Assembly: GCA_963745075.1 (NCBI GenBank)
Contig: CAVUWV010000018.1
Location: forward strand, 32,001 to 96,000
Direction of reading: 5' to 3'
Source of the DNA: Candidatus Hydrogenedentota bacterium
GTDB lineage: Bacteria; Hydrogenedentota; Hydrogenedentia; Hydrogenedentales; SLHB01
Length of the DNA: 64,000 bases
The notes under the pieces were generated by a model. That model was given only the letters and a program-made list of their open reading frames with translations. It was not told the DNA's origin and searched no databases. The position numbers and the translations under genes were made by a program. Numbering within the stretch: the stretch's first letter is position 1; every line of letters begins with the position of its first letter. Below, in pieces: positions 8,507 to 18,572 of this stretch.

Positions 8507-9874
8507 TTACGAAGTCTCTTTGCCGGTGCGGCGGGCTTCGGAATCCCAGCGGCGCTGGAGCAGGAATTCGCTTTTGAGGATGCGGCGCATTTCGTCGAAC
8601 ATGCCGATCACGGCTTCGTCGGTCAAGGCCAGTTCGGCGAGCGACTGCCCACAGGGAACGGAGAGAGCGCTGGGATCTTCGCGCTCTTCGGGTAGCAGAT
8701 GAGCCATGGTGTTGCCGATGGCGGCAACGGCGGCGGCTTCACGGTTCAGTTTGGCGAAGTCCGGCACGTGATGGTAGCGGATGGTTTCGCCGAGTTCGTC
8801 CGGCAATCCCCAGGCTGTCGCGAGCAGGTAGCCGGCTTCCGGATGGCCGATGCCGAGGACTTGTTCTTCGGCTTCGACGAGTTCGATGCCGCGCAACTGC
8901 TGGTCAATGGTGGCGTAGCGCTGCGGTGCGACCTCCGCCAAAGCCAAGCGGCCGATGTCGAGGAGGAGGCCAGCGGTGAAGGTGCCGGGTTTGGCGCCGA
9001 ATCCGGCGGTTCGGGCGACGATTTTGCAGAGCGTGCCGCAGAGCATGGACCGGACCCAGAAAGACCGGTAGTCGAAGGTGCGGGAGCCCTTGATCAGATC
9101 AACGACGGCGGCGGATAAGACGGTGGAATAGGTTTCTTCGAGTCCCAGGAGCGACACGGCCAGGTGAATCGAGGTGATCTGGTGTGGAAACCCGAACGCG
9201 GGCGAGTTGGCGATGCTCAGTAATTTGGCGGAGAGCGGCGCATCGGTGGCGATAATGCCGCCGACTTCTTTCGCGGAGACCTCGGGGTCGTCGATGGCCT
9301 CGCGCACCTTGCGCACGGTGACGGGCAACGCTGGCAGCGTGTGCAATTGGCGAATAACCGTGGGGATTCCGGCGAGACGAAGTTCGGTGCCGATGGTATC
9401 CAGGTGAGATTCCGCTTGGGTCGCGTCCTGGGCAGATTCCTTGCCGTAGCAGCGGTCGATGCCGGCGCGGAGGTCTGCGCCGGAACACAGCACCGGCATC
9501 ACGCTCAAGCCACAGGTCGATTCCAGTTCTTGTATCGTTGCGGTATCCAGGGGGCAAATCATGCCGACCGTGAGGGTGTCGCCCACCCGGTCGAGGGGGA
9601 AGACTTCGTGCTGGATGGCGAATTGCCGGGGGACCAGGGAAAGGACTTCTTCGGGAACGCCGTATCGGCCGATTTCAATCCGGAGCAGGCCTTGCCGCCG
9701 GGCGAGGAACTCCGTGAATTTCTCCGCCGTGATACTTTCGTGGGCGATGAGGTTCTGGACGAGCTTGCCGCCTTCTTTCTTCTGCCGTTCGAGGGCCGCA
9801 ACCAACTGATCTTCACGGATGAGGCCTTCCTCGACGAGCATGGCACCAATGCGTTTCTTGCGCTGCACGGGCAT
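8507..9874 (-). CDS. MshEN (GspE N-terminal, c-di-GMP-binding) plus HDOD domain protein
   Basis: RIGAMLVEEGLIREDQLVAALERQ; LPALP...DAPLSAKLLSIANSPAFG...AGLLLDIGR...GIGHPEAGYLLATAWGLP...IRYHH. Confidence 0.85.
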   Translation of the reverse strand: MPVQRKKRIGAMLVEEGLIREDQLVAALERQKKEGGKLVQNLIAHESITAEKFTEFLARRQGLLRIEIGRYGVPEEVLSLVPRQFAIQHEVFPLDRVGDTLTVGMICPLDTATIQELESTCGLSVMPVLCSGADLRAGIDRCYGKESAQDATQAESHLDTIGTELRLAGIPTVIRQLHTLPALPVTVRKVREAIDDPEVSAKEVGGIIATDAPLSAKLLSIANSPAFGFPHQITSIHLAVSLLGLEETYSTVLSAAVVDLIKGSRTFDYRSFWVRSMLCGTLCKIVARTAGFGAKPGTFTAGLLLDIGRLALAEVAPQRYATIDQQLRGIELVEAEEQVLGIGHPEAGYLLATAWGLPDELGETIRYHHVPDFAKLNREAAAVAAIGNTMAHLLPEEREDPSALSVPCGQSLAELALTDEAVIGMFDEMRRILKSEFLLQRRWDSEARRTGKETS

Positions 9875-10054
9875 GGACGATCTCCTTAACTTGGCCGGAG
9901 CGTTACCGCCTGTTAGTGGTCACCCCAGCCTCTCGACACTTTCACCCCTGTGAACGCACGGTACCGAGTTTCAGTAGAGCATAAGGCCCAGCTTAGTTAC
10001 AATCCAGGTGACATTGGCCGGTTTCTGGGAGCTGGATAGGTCTTTATCCCCTCG

Positions 10055-11154
10055 TCATGTTCTCCGGCCCGCCAGCGTGGCGCTCCGGATCTGGGCGGCA
10101 CGGTCGAAGATTTCTTCGCGGGTGATGCCGGCTTCTTCGTACATGGCGAAGAGGTTGTCGTCGGGGGTTTCGGGGGGACCGTGTGGGAGGCGGCGAGGAT
10201 GTAGCCGCCGCCGTCGGCAGTCATGCCTTCGAGGAGGCGGGTGGTGGCATGGCGGACTTCGTCGGCGGTGCCGTTGGGCAGGAGGTATTGGGTGTCGACG
10301 CCACCCATGAAGGCGAGGCGATCGCCGAATTCGCGTTTGAGTTCGAGGGGATCCATGCCGGGACAGGTGCATTGGACGGGGTTTAACACGTCGATGCCCA
10401 TTTCGATAAGATCGGGGATGATAGGCCGGACGGCGCCGCAACTGTGATACGCGACGGGTAGGCCGTTGGCTTTACCCACGTCGACGACGCGTTGCAGATG
10501 GGGACGGATACGATCGCGCCAACAATCCGGGCTCATGATCATGGATTGCTGGCCCGCGACGTCGTCGCCGGTCCACAGCCAGTCCACGGCGAAGCGGTTG
10601 CAGGCTTTCACGGAGAGGTCGACGGCGTAGTCCGCGCAGCGGCCGAGCATGGTGTCGGTGAGGTCGGGGTCTGTGGCGAGGTCGAGGAGCGCGTATTCCA
10701 TGCCGCGGAGACGCCAGTACATCTCGTAGGCGCAAGGCGACACGTCGACGCCGATGTAGTAGCGGCCGGCATAGTCCATGACCCGGTTCATGTTTGCGAG
10801 AAGGGATTCCTGGGCGTGGTTCGGGAATTCGTAGGCCAGTACCGCGTCGCGATCCAGCCCCGCGAGGGGGTAACGGGTTACTTGGTTGTACTCGCCTTCC
10901 TTGGTCCAGGTGATGCCCCAATCGTCAACGTGGGACTCGCCGTCGCGCTCGTGGACGATGCCTTCCATGGCGTGGTTGTTGTTCACCCAGGCCTGAACGA
11001 TGTCGTTGCCCATGGCCTCCCCCACTTTGTTTGGAAGGACGTTGAGAAGCGATGCGAGGCGGCGTGTCGTGGACGGATGAAACCACATGAAGACGGGAAC
11101 CCGATCGACCGGCTGGCGGTTGAGGGCGGCGACGACACGTTCACACGAGTTCAT
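10055..11154 (-). CDS. Uroporphyrinogen decarboxylase / MtaA-CmuA superfamily protein; frameshift in the G-run near 10172-10177
   Basis: DRVPV, DDWGITW, LRGME, TGDDVAGQ, YHSCG, DVLNPVQ, FMGGVDTQ, GGYILAASHTVP; C-terminus PETPDDNLFAMYE lies in another frame. Confidence 0.85.
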
Positions 11155-11529
11155 AGGATTCGGTTTCCCCCTGGATCGATTCTGAGTCGAGAGCGTAAAG
11201 CATTGAACGATTGCTATGTTCGCTGACCGACTCGATTACCGGTTTCCGAGCGCTCCATGATGAACGAAGTGCCCCCAAAAACCGACAACGTTGACAGGAT
11301 CTCGGCGTCCCCGACTCAGTCAAAACGCACCCCACATTTACCACGGGAGTTCATGCGGGGTCCAGAAAAACCGTTAGAATCGGGAACGGAGTGGTGAATT
11401 CGCGGTAACCGGATCTGTCAGTAAAGCGGCTTCAAAAAAACGTAAGATACTGTAAATAAACATCTTATACAGAAAACCAATATCGCAATTGCCTTCCATC
11501 ATTGGCGGGCGAATAGGCCATAAAACTTA

Positions 11530-11559
11530 TTGACGAAAAGGCTAGAATAAGAATATTAT
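11530..11559 (+). promoter_or_regulatory. Putative sigma70 promoter about 370 nt upstream of the Ig-domain gene
   Basis: TTGACG-18 bp-TATTAT in an AT-rich region. Confidence 0.4.
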
Positions 11560-11934
11560 AGACACTGGTGTTTTGGGGAGCAACGAGCCGGTAACATTCT
11601 GGCGGGGATGGTGCATTAAGTTCGCGTAGACGCGGTGCGGGGTGCAGCGCGGTTCATGGTATTTCGTTGAGCATGCCTTCATACTCAAACCGAAATTGGT
11701 GCATTTGAGCGTACGTGTTTGTCTTTCGTTGTCGGTCGGGGCCATCACGGCTCGCGAATCGAAGCGGCGCGGTTTTCGCGCCTTGGGGGGAACAGCGGCA
11801 ATAAGAAACGTCTCGGAATGACACGGCGGCGAAGTAGGCCGAATCCGTTTAGGGAAATTGGTTTCGATTGAATTGTGATTTGTATTCGTTTGGGAATTGT
11901 ACATGCGGGCAACTGAAGGGGAGGGAATCCGGCA

Positions 11935-12855
11935 ATGAAAAGGTTATCGGTAGTCATGTTATGTGTAATGTGCGTGTGTTTTTTTGGCGTCGCGCCCAAG
12001 GCGTCGGCGCAGGCCATTATCGTCGATTTCGACGCGGCGATAACGAGCACCACGGAAGATCCGGCTACGTTTGAGGGCAACGTGAATTCCATCCTGGACA
12101 GTGATGAATTCGCGTTATTGGCTGCCATTCTTGCGGATACCGGCAAACCGCAACACACGGCAGTTCGTGCAGCGTGGGTCCAAAACCGCGCGCAGATGAC
12201 CAGCGATCTTGGCATTTTCGATTCAATTTATGGTACGGCGCTGGCCGGTTACATGACGCTCGGCGATGCCACTTCGGTTGCCGCAGTGGTGGCGTTAGCC
12301 GGCGGTGCCGGCGTTACAATTAATCCGGCCGACTATGATTTAACCCAGTCGGTGGTGCTTGCGTACAACGCGGATCCGGACTCGGATAGTCTCGATAACA
12401 CCACGGAGTATACGGCAATCGCGGGGACGGGCGGTCCGAGTTCGGCGAAGCGAGCGCAGTACATCGTGGATGCGCTCACAGCCTCGACGTTCAGCTTCAC
12501 GACGCAGCCGCAAGGCGCAAATCTCTTTATCGGAGGGAATCACACCTTTACCGTGGCGACCGCGAACGGCGTTGCACCGCTTCATTACCAGTGGAAACGC
12601 GGCGCGACGAACGTCGGTACGGATTCTGCGTCCTTGACCATCAGCAATGCACAGCTCAGTGATGCGGGGTCGTACACCTGCACGGTAACCGACTCGGATT
12701 CGCCAACGCCGGGGGAGATTACCTCGAATGCAGCGACCCTGAACGTGTATGATGCCGGGTCGTTGCCGGCTGCGGGCATCTACGGTTTGATCCTGTTGGG
12801 ATTCCTTTGTGTCGGCGCTGGGGTTTTCGCTATCCGGCGGGTTGCCCATCGTTAG
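11935..12855 (+). CDS. Secreted Ig-domain surface protein with C-terminal sorting signal
   Basis: Signal peptide ending ASAQA; acidic DPDSDSLDNTTEY loop; Ig motifs FTTQPQG, YQWKR, LTISNAQLSDAGSYTCTVT; tail LPAAG + TM + RR. Confidence 0.8.
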   Translation: MKRLSVVMLCVMCVCFFGVAPKASAQAIIVDFDAAITSTTEDPATFEGNVNSILDSDEFALLAAILADTGKPQHTAVRAAWVQNRAQMTSDLGIFDSIYGTALAGYMTLGDATSVAAVVALAGGAGVTINPADYDLTQSVVLAYNADPDSDSLDNTTEYTAIAGTGGPSSAKRAQYIVDALTASTFSFTTQPQGANLFIGGNHTFTVATANGVAPLHYQWKRGATNVGTDSASLTISNAQLSDAGSYTCTVTDSDSPTPGEITSNAATLNVYDAGSLPAAGIYGLILLGFLCVGAGVFAIRRVAHR

Positions 12856-12888
12856 GCCACTCACAAGACCCGAATCGTGATTGACAAT

Positions 12889-12929
12889 GCGAGGCGGACG
12901 GTCGTGAAACCGTGCGCCTCGCTTTTTTT
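12889..12929 (+). terminator. Rho-independent terminator
   Basis: gcgaggcg-gacggt-cgtgaa-accgtg-cgcctcgc followed by T7. Confidence 0.8.
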
Positions 12930-13087
12930 CGCGGCGTTGCGCCGGTTCGGATAGTGACGGGTCGAGGTATAGGAAGCTGTCAGGCGTCGAACGTTTCACG
13001 GCCGTCGCGTTCAAAGAATGGCTTGATGAAGCGCAGTGATGCTGGATTCCGGCCGCGTTGGAGGGACGTTGCCGTATCCGCGGCGCG

Positions 13088-14266
13088 TTACTTTCCTTCA
13101 CCTGAAGTTGGCAGGCCGGGGATGTACAGATCGGCGCAACCCGGGCGGGTGGCGATTTTGCGGTCGCATTCAATTCCCCACATTTCCCAGCCGCCGTCGA
13201 TGTAGTTGTCGTTGTCGGGGCGTCCGCAGGCTTGGACGAAGAGATACCAGTTGCCGTCAATGTCGTATAGGGCGGGCGTGGCGACGTGATACATGGTGTC
13301 ATCACTGTAGAGCCCTTGCCATTTCGTCTGTAGCATCGTGTCGATATCGAGTTGCGTCCAACCTTTCACCGGATCCGTGCTGACTGCGAGTCCGGGACGC
13401 CAACGCGCGCCGTGCTCCACACCCACTTCGATGCAAAGGATGTAGGTATTGTCGACTTTGAATGCTTGGTGCCATTCGTAATAGGCGTTAGGGGTCGATT
13501 CGAAGATCTGTCCCATGCCGCGCGGATCGCTTTCGTTGAAGTGCCGGGTCCAGGCCTTTCCGTCGGTGGAGGTGGCAAGGCGAATACCGGGCAGGACGCC
13601 GTCGCGGCCGCGGTAGGAGTAATACATGTACCAGTCCCAGCGCTGCTCGGCTTCGTTCCATTCGCGCATGACGGCGGCTTGGGAGGCCATGTCTTCGTAG
13701 TACGGCGCGGCCGGTTCGGGAGCTAAGCACGGGTGCGTCGCCGTAGCGCTTGATGTTGGCGGAGGTGACCTGCGAGTACCCGTCTTCCCCGACTGGGCAA
13801 ATCGCGAGACCGATGTGGTCCTGTACGTTGCCGGTGGTGCCGGAGTAGTAGATGTAGTAGGCGTCCTCCTCGGGGATGTAGAGCACCGTGTCGAGGCGAA
13901 TGGATCCGGAATCCCAGCCTTGTATCCGGAAGGGCCGAAGATGGGGTTCGCGTCGTCTTGATGCCACTTGAATGGATTGCTCGCATCAGCCCAGGCCTTT
14001 CCTACGGCCGCGACGGCACGGTTCGATGCCGAAACGGCGGAATAGAACATGATGAGACGTCCCGGCACTTTGGGGTTGGGAACGATGCAGGGTTCTTCGA
14101 TTTGTTGCGACATCCAATCATGGCTGGCGCGGGCAAGTACGATTTCGCCGTGGACGGCGTCGGGGATGGCGGTTTGGGCATATGCCCGGTCGGGGCGCCA
14201 GAAAGACCATCCGGCAAGTAGACCTACAACAATGACGGATTCTGCTATTCGCGATGACGACCTCAT
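13088..14266 (-). CDS. Secreted five-bladed beta-propeller glycoside hydrolase-like protein; two compensating frameshifts (about 13925 and 13725)
   Basis: Signal peptide ending AYA; EEPCIV, MFYSA, NPIF, then GWDSGSIRLDTVLY..YYIYYSG..HIGLA in a second frame, then WYMYYSY, GIRLATSTDGKAWTR, HVATPALY. Confidence 0.7.
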   Translation of the reverse strand: MRSSSRIAESVIVVGLLAGWSFWRPDRAYAQTAIPDAVHGEIVLARASHDWMSQQIEEPCIVPNPKVPGRLIMFYSAVSASNRAVAAVGKAWADASNPFKWHQDDANPIFGPSGYKAGIPDPFASTRCSTSPRRTPTTSTTPAPPATYRTTSVSRFAQSGKTGTRRSPPPTSSATATHPCLAPEPAAPYYEDMASQAAVMREWNEAEQRWDWYMYYSYRGRDGVLPGIRLATSTDGKAWTRHFNESDPRGMGQIFESTPNAYYEWHQAFKVDNTYILCIEVGVEHGARWRPGLAVSTDPVKGWTQLDIDTMLQTKWQGLYSDDTMYHVATPALYDIDGNWYLFVQACGRPDNDNYIDGGWEMWGIECDRKIATRPGCADLYIPGLPTSGEGK

Positions 14267-14368
14267 ATCCAACCTCTCCATAAAACGATCCGGGAGCGTC
14301 TCCGTCCCGCCTTGTGGGGTGGTGTGATTGGAACGGAATTCATTGCCGGAGTTCAAGTGGACGCAGGT

Positions 14369-15082
14369 TCAATCACTCCCGCCCGCTCGAATCCGGAATG
14401 CCTCGATCTTCCAGTCCGGGTCTTTCGTGAGGTGCAGGACCGTGGGTTGGACGTAGCGCGGGGCATCCAGCGGCGGGGATACGTAATCGGGATCTTCCGT
14501 CGGGAAGAACGTGAGGTCGAAGCGCAACGTTGCACGCGGCATTTCCAACGTTCCGTCTTCATAGGTGTGGACGGCGAAGGTGCCCCAGTGCTCGCGGATC
14601 GCGCGGAGGTCGTCGTCCGATTCGCCTGATTCAACGGGAAAACAGTCGATCCGGCCTTCTTTGGCCGCAGCACTTGCGGCGCCCGGCGGATAGGCGATTT
14701 CGAGGGTCTTGGGGGTTAGCACAATCCCCAGTTCGGCCTTTGGATCGGTTCCGAATACCGCGTGGAGCGGTTCCAGAATTCGTGTTTGTTGGGTCATGAC
14801 GTCTTCGTCCATGGCGATGCGGAATTCCTCTCGAATAAACCTGCGGAAATCGTCGGACAGTTTCTCAATGAAGTTCTTGGATTGTTGCTCGGGTTCTTCG
14901 GGGGGCAGGATACCACCGCCGAGGCCGCAATACAGCACGTACTGGGTTAACGCGTAGGTGATCGCGTATTCGTCGTCGGTCTCCGCGCGCGTTGGGTGGT
15001 TTGTGGGGTGAAGGCTCGCGCAGGAGAACGATGCGATGACGGTTAGAACGGCGATGAGTGTATTCAACCGGAGGAGTGTCAT
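14369..15082 (-). CDS. Hypothetical lipoprotein
   Basis: AAGGA RBS; signal peptide with lipobox-like SFSC; no recognised domain. Confidence 0.6.
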   Translation of the reverse strand: MTLLRLNTLIAVLTVIASFSCASLHPTNHPTRAETDDEYAITYALTQYVLYCGLGGGILPPEEPEQQSKNFIEKLSDDFRRFIREEFRIAMDEDVMTQQTRILEPLHAVFGTDPKAELGIVLTPKTLEIAYPPGAASAAAKEGRIDCFPVESGESDDDLRAIREHWGTFAVHTYEDGTLEMPRATLRFDLTFFPTEDPDYVSPPLDAPRYVQPTVLHLTKDPDWKIEAFRIRAGGSD

Positions 15083-15290
15083 AGCGATTCCTTTCCCGCA
15101 CGACGTATTTGCGCGCGCTGTTTAGAACCTATCCGACGACGAACGGCCTCTAGATGACCAATCACCTTTCGCATAGGTACGACCTATATGAAAAGTATAT
15201 TACTGTTTCTGCGCCACAGTGCTACGATATGGAAGGTTCAATAGAGGAAAGGGTGCGATTGGTCGCGAGTAGTCGAAGGAGGTTTCTCGG

Positions 15291-16070
15291 ATGCAGGGTT
15301 CTGCGACACGGTATGGATGGTTCTCAGCAATTCTCGTGGCCTTCTTTATCCCAGGAGCGGGACCGCTAACGGGTTGTGGTAAGAAGCCGGTGCCGGAGGC
15401 GGCCGGACTTATGACGGCGCCATACAAGATGCCGGACTTTAGCGGAATCACGATTTCGTATCCCGAAGCAAAGCGTTTTGAAACGAAGACGACGAAGGGG
15501 GCGGAGCAATACTACATGGTGCAAGAGCCGGAAACGCTCAGCGCGAACGCGCCCATGCTCCTCTACATGCACGGGGCGGATGGCGACGAGACGCAAGGGA
15601 TGGATCCGGAATATGCGGAGGGCACATTCGCGCGATTGCGATCGCTCCTGGCCCAACGGGGTTGGCTCTATGTCACGGCACGGAAAGCCGAGTATGAAGG
15701 ATTGCGAAAGGAACTGGAGGTGAAGTACGGCAAACGGCCTATCGTGCTTTCCGGATCGTCTTTGGGCGGCAAACAGTCGCTCACGGAGGCGATGCTTCAC
15801 CCCGATTTGTATGCAGGCGTGATCGTGATGTGCCCGGCCCTTCCACTCTCGGACCCCGGCCCCGCGCAACGTCTCACGATGCCGGTCTATATCGAAAGCG
15901 GCGAAAAGGATGTGTTGATTGCATCGGTGTCGCGCATGGTACTGGGAGCGATGAAACGGAAAGGACGGCCTTTCATCTACAAGGAGATTCCGGAGGGAAC
16001 GCACCGCACGCCCATCGAGCAGATCGATTGGGTAGGGGCGCTGGAATTCGTCGACGCCAATCGGCCGTAA
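15291..16070 (+). CDS. Alpha/beta hydrolase (esterase-like) lipoprotein
   Basis: Lipobox LTGC; YMHG, GSSLGG nucleophile elbow, GEKD, GTH. Confidence 0.75.
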   Translation: MQGSATRYGWFSAILVAFFIPGAGPLTGCGKKPVPEAAGLMTAPYKMPDFSGITISYPEAKRFETKTTKGAEQYYMVQEPETLSANAPMLLYMHGADGDETQGMDPEYAEGTFARLRSLLAQRGWLYVTARKAEYEGLRKELEVKYGKRPIVLSGSSLGGKQSLTEAMLHPDLYAGVIVMCPALPLSDPGPAQRLTMPVYIESGEKDVLIASVSRMVLGAMKRKGRPFIYKEIPEGTHRTPIEQIDWVGALEFVDANRP

Positions 16071-16283
16071 CACGTCTTTCAGTGCTGCGCATGAGTGCGA
16101 TCATTGTCGATTGCGCGGTCATATTCGTTGCCTCACGGGAATTGCGTCGCGATACCGGGCTATTGGCGGTGGTGGCGGCGCGAATGGTACAATTTGTGGA
16201 ATACGGACGGGCGCGGTTTGGCGCGCCTCGGGCTGGAATTTGGCCTTAGGGGGGAGTCCGTGAGAACAGGGGGAAATCGCGTT

Positions 16284-17039
16284 ATGGAAGATGTGCGACA
16301 AGGCTGGTTGGATGGCGATCCGAACCATTGCGGGCGGACCGATCCGCATCCGAGCCGGCCATTTCGAATCATATTGTTGGGCGCGCCGGGCGCCGGGAAA
16401 GGTACGCAAGCGGAGTTGTTGAGCGACCGGTTGCGGCCATGCCAGTTATCGACGGGGGACGTGTTCCGCGCGGCAAAGTGTGCGAGTTCTGAGGCGCTGA
16501 CGGTGGTGATGCGCGATGCGATGGAGGCCATGAAGGCTGGGAAGCTTGTGTCGGACGATACGGTCATCGACATGGTGCGGGAACGGGTCCACTGCGTCAC
16601 GTGCAGCTACGGGTTCATGTTGGACGGATTTCCGCGGACGGTGTCTCAGGCGGAAGCGCTGGACGAGCTGCTGGCGGAGCACGATCTGGAAGTGGACGTG
16701 GTGTTGAACTACGACCTTCCGGTGGAAACGGTCGTGCGGCGGTTGAGCGGGCGGCGTACGTGCCGGTCGTGCAAGACCACGTTTCATGTGGAGACAAAGC
16801 CGCCGAAGGTGGAAGGCGTGTGTGACAAGTGCGGCGGGGAATTGTTCCAGCGTGATGACGACAAGGCGGACTCGATTCGCGTGCGGCTGAAGGCGTATGA
16901 GGAAAGCACATCGCCGTTGGCGGCGTATTACGATGCGAAGGGACTGTTGTGCACCGTGTCCGCGGAGGGTAATCCGGCAGAGGTGTTTGCGCGGACGTTG
17001 ACGTCACTGGAGGAGCGATTTGGCGCGTTGCCCGCGTAA
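16284..17039 (+). CDS. adk: Adenylate kinase (zinc-lid type)
   Basis: GAPGAGKGTQA, STGD, GKLVSD, LDGFPRT, CRSC..CDKC, QRDDD. Confidence 0.95.
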   Translation: MEDVRQGWLDGDPNHCGRTDPHPSRPFRIILLGAPGAGKGTQAELLSDRLRPCQLSTGDVFRAAKCASSEALTVVMRDAMEAMKAGKLVSDDTVIDMVRERVHCVTCSYGFMLDGFPRTVSQAEALDELLAEHDLEVDVVLNYDLPVETVVRRLSGRRTCRSCKTTFHVETKPPKVEGVCDKCGGELFQRDDDKADSIRVRLKAYEESTSPLAAYYDAKGLLCTVSAEGNPAEVFARTLTSLEERFGALPA

Positions 17040-17063
17040 GGGTTCCGTGATGAAAGGACGTGT

Positions 17064-18572
17064 GTGAAGCGCAAACACGACACGTACCTTCTGGGAATCG
17101 ACGCCGGCACGACGATGCTGAAAGCGGCGATATTCGATGCGCGAACCGGCGCGTTAGTGGCCGGAGCGTCGCGACGATTGATGACTACAATTACGCAGGA
17201 CGGTGGGCGTGAACAGACGCCGGACGCCGTCCTGCGTTCGCTTTCCGGCGCGTTAGAATCGCTGCGAAAACGTGCGGGCGCGCGATGGGAACGCGTCGGC
17301 GGCGTGGGGCTGGCGGCACAGGGCGGAAGCAGCATCATCGCGGACCGGGTGACCGGCCGCGCGCACACACCGATGGTTCTTTGGAACGACGGGCGAACGC
17401 GGTCCTACGACGCGCGGATTGCCGCGCGCTGTTTACCTTCCTATTGGCGCCGGATCGCCCTGCGCGACGTGCCGCCTGCGGGCCTGGGACGTTTGCTGTG
17501 GTTGCGGGAAACGCATGGCGACCTGTTCCACGGCGGGAACATCCATTGCGGCGCCGGGGAGTTTTTGTTGTTTCACTTGACCGGTGTCTGGCGGCAAGAC
17601 CCCGGGCATGCGATCCAAATTGGCGGATATGACGCGGCAAAAGCGAAACTCGCACAGGGTCCGTTAAACCTCGTCGGCGTACTGTTGTCGTTTTTCGCGC
17701 CATTACGCGAGGGGCATGAAACGTCGCCCCTCTCCCCCGCTGCCGCGAAACGATTCCATTTGCGCGCGGGCATTCCGGTCGCCGGGCCGTATATCGATCA
17801 GGAGGCGGGTTACCTTGCCGCGATTGGCGCTGTGAAACGGCCGTTGCAGTGTTCGCTGGGCACGGCGTGGGTTGGTAATTTTACGTTGCCACCGCAATGG
17901 CAGGGCGGGTCGCCGTTTCAACTGGTGCTGCCGAATCCGGCAGGCAAGGGTCGGCTGATCGTGCAACCGCTATTGAGCGGCAATGCGGCGTGGGACTGGG
18001 CGCTGGCGTCGCTACTGGGGAGTACGGATGCGCGGGCATTGCGCCGAGCGGAACGCATTCTTCGCGAAGCACCGTTGCCTCCGTCCGGGCTTGCGGCTGT
18101 TCCGTGGCACACGCAAGGGAATTCATTGGAGCATGGCGCGGTCGGCGCAGGAACTGTCTTTGGCATCAATCCCGCTACGAGTCGTGAGGACATGATTCGC
18201 GCGATCGCCGCGGGAATGGTGTGCGAGTTGCGGAGGGTCTTTGACGCGGTGGTCCGGCACCCGGTCTGCGATGGTGTGGTGCTGTGCGGCGGGACGAGCA
18301 AGAGCAGCCATATTCGGCGCCTCATCGCGACCGCGTTTGCGCCGATGCCTGTGCTTCGGATCGTCGACGAGGATTATGCGACGGCACGGGGTGCACTGTA
18401 CGGATTGCAGAAAGGGGCCGCGCGGTGCTCGACGGATCGGTGCAAGCCTTTGGGGAAGCGCTGGACATCGGAATTCGATTCCTGTTACGAAACCTATCTC
18501 CGGCTGTTTGAGCGACTGTACGACGACGTGCACTCGGGCAAGGCGTTCACGATTCGCAAGGAGCGGAAATGA
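17064..18572 (+). CDS. FGGY-family carbohydrate kinase
   Basis: LGIDAGTT, EQTP, LWNDGR, DQ, SLGT, LCGGTSKS, ATARGA. Confidence 0.85.
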   Translation: MKRKHDTYLLGIDAGTTMLKAAIFDARTGALVAGASRRLMTTITQDGGREQTPDAVLRSLSGALESLRKRAGARWERVGGVGLAAQGGSSIIADRVTGRAHTPMVLWNDGRTRSYDARIAARCLPSYWRRIALRDVPPAGLGRLLWLRETHGDLFHGGNIHCGAGEFLLFHLTGVWRQDPGHAIQIGGYDAAKAKLAQGPLNLVGVLLSFFAPLREGHETSPLSPAAAKRFHLRAGIPVAGPYIDQEAGYLAAIGAVKRPLQCSLGTAWVGNFTLPPQWQGGSPFQLVLPNPAGKGRLIVQPLLSGNAAWDWALASLLGSTDARALRRAERILREAPLPPSGLAAVPWHTQGNSLEHGAVGAGTVFGINPATSREDMIRAIAAGMVCELRRVFDAVVRHPVCDGVVLCGGTSKSSHIRRLIATAFAPMPVLRIVDEDYATARGALYGLQKGAARCSTDRCKPLGKRWTSEFDSCYETYLRLFERLYDDVHSGKAFTIRKERK

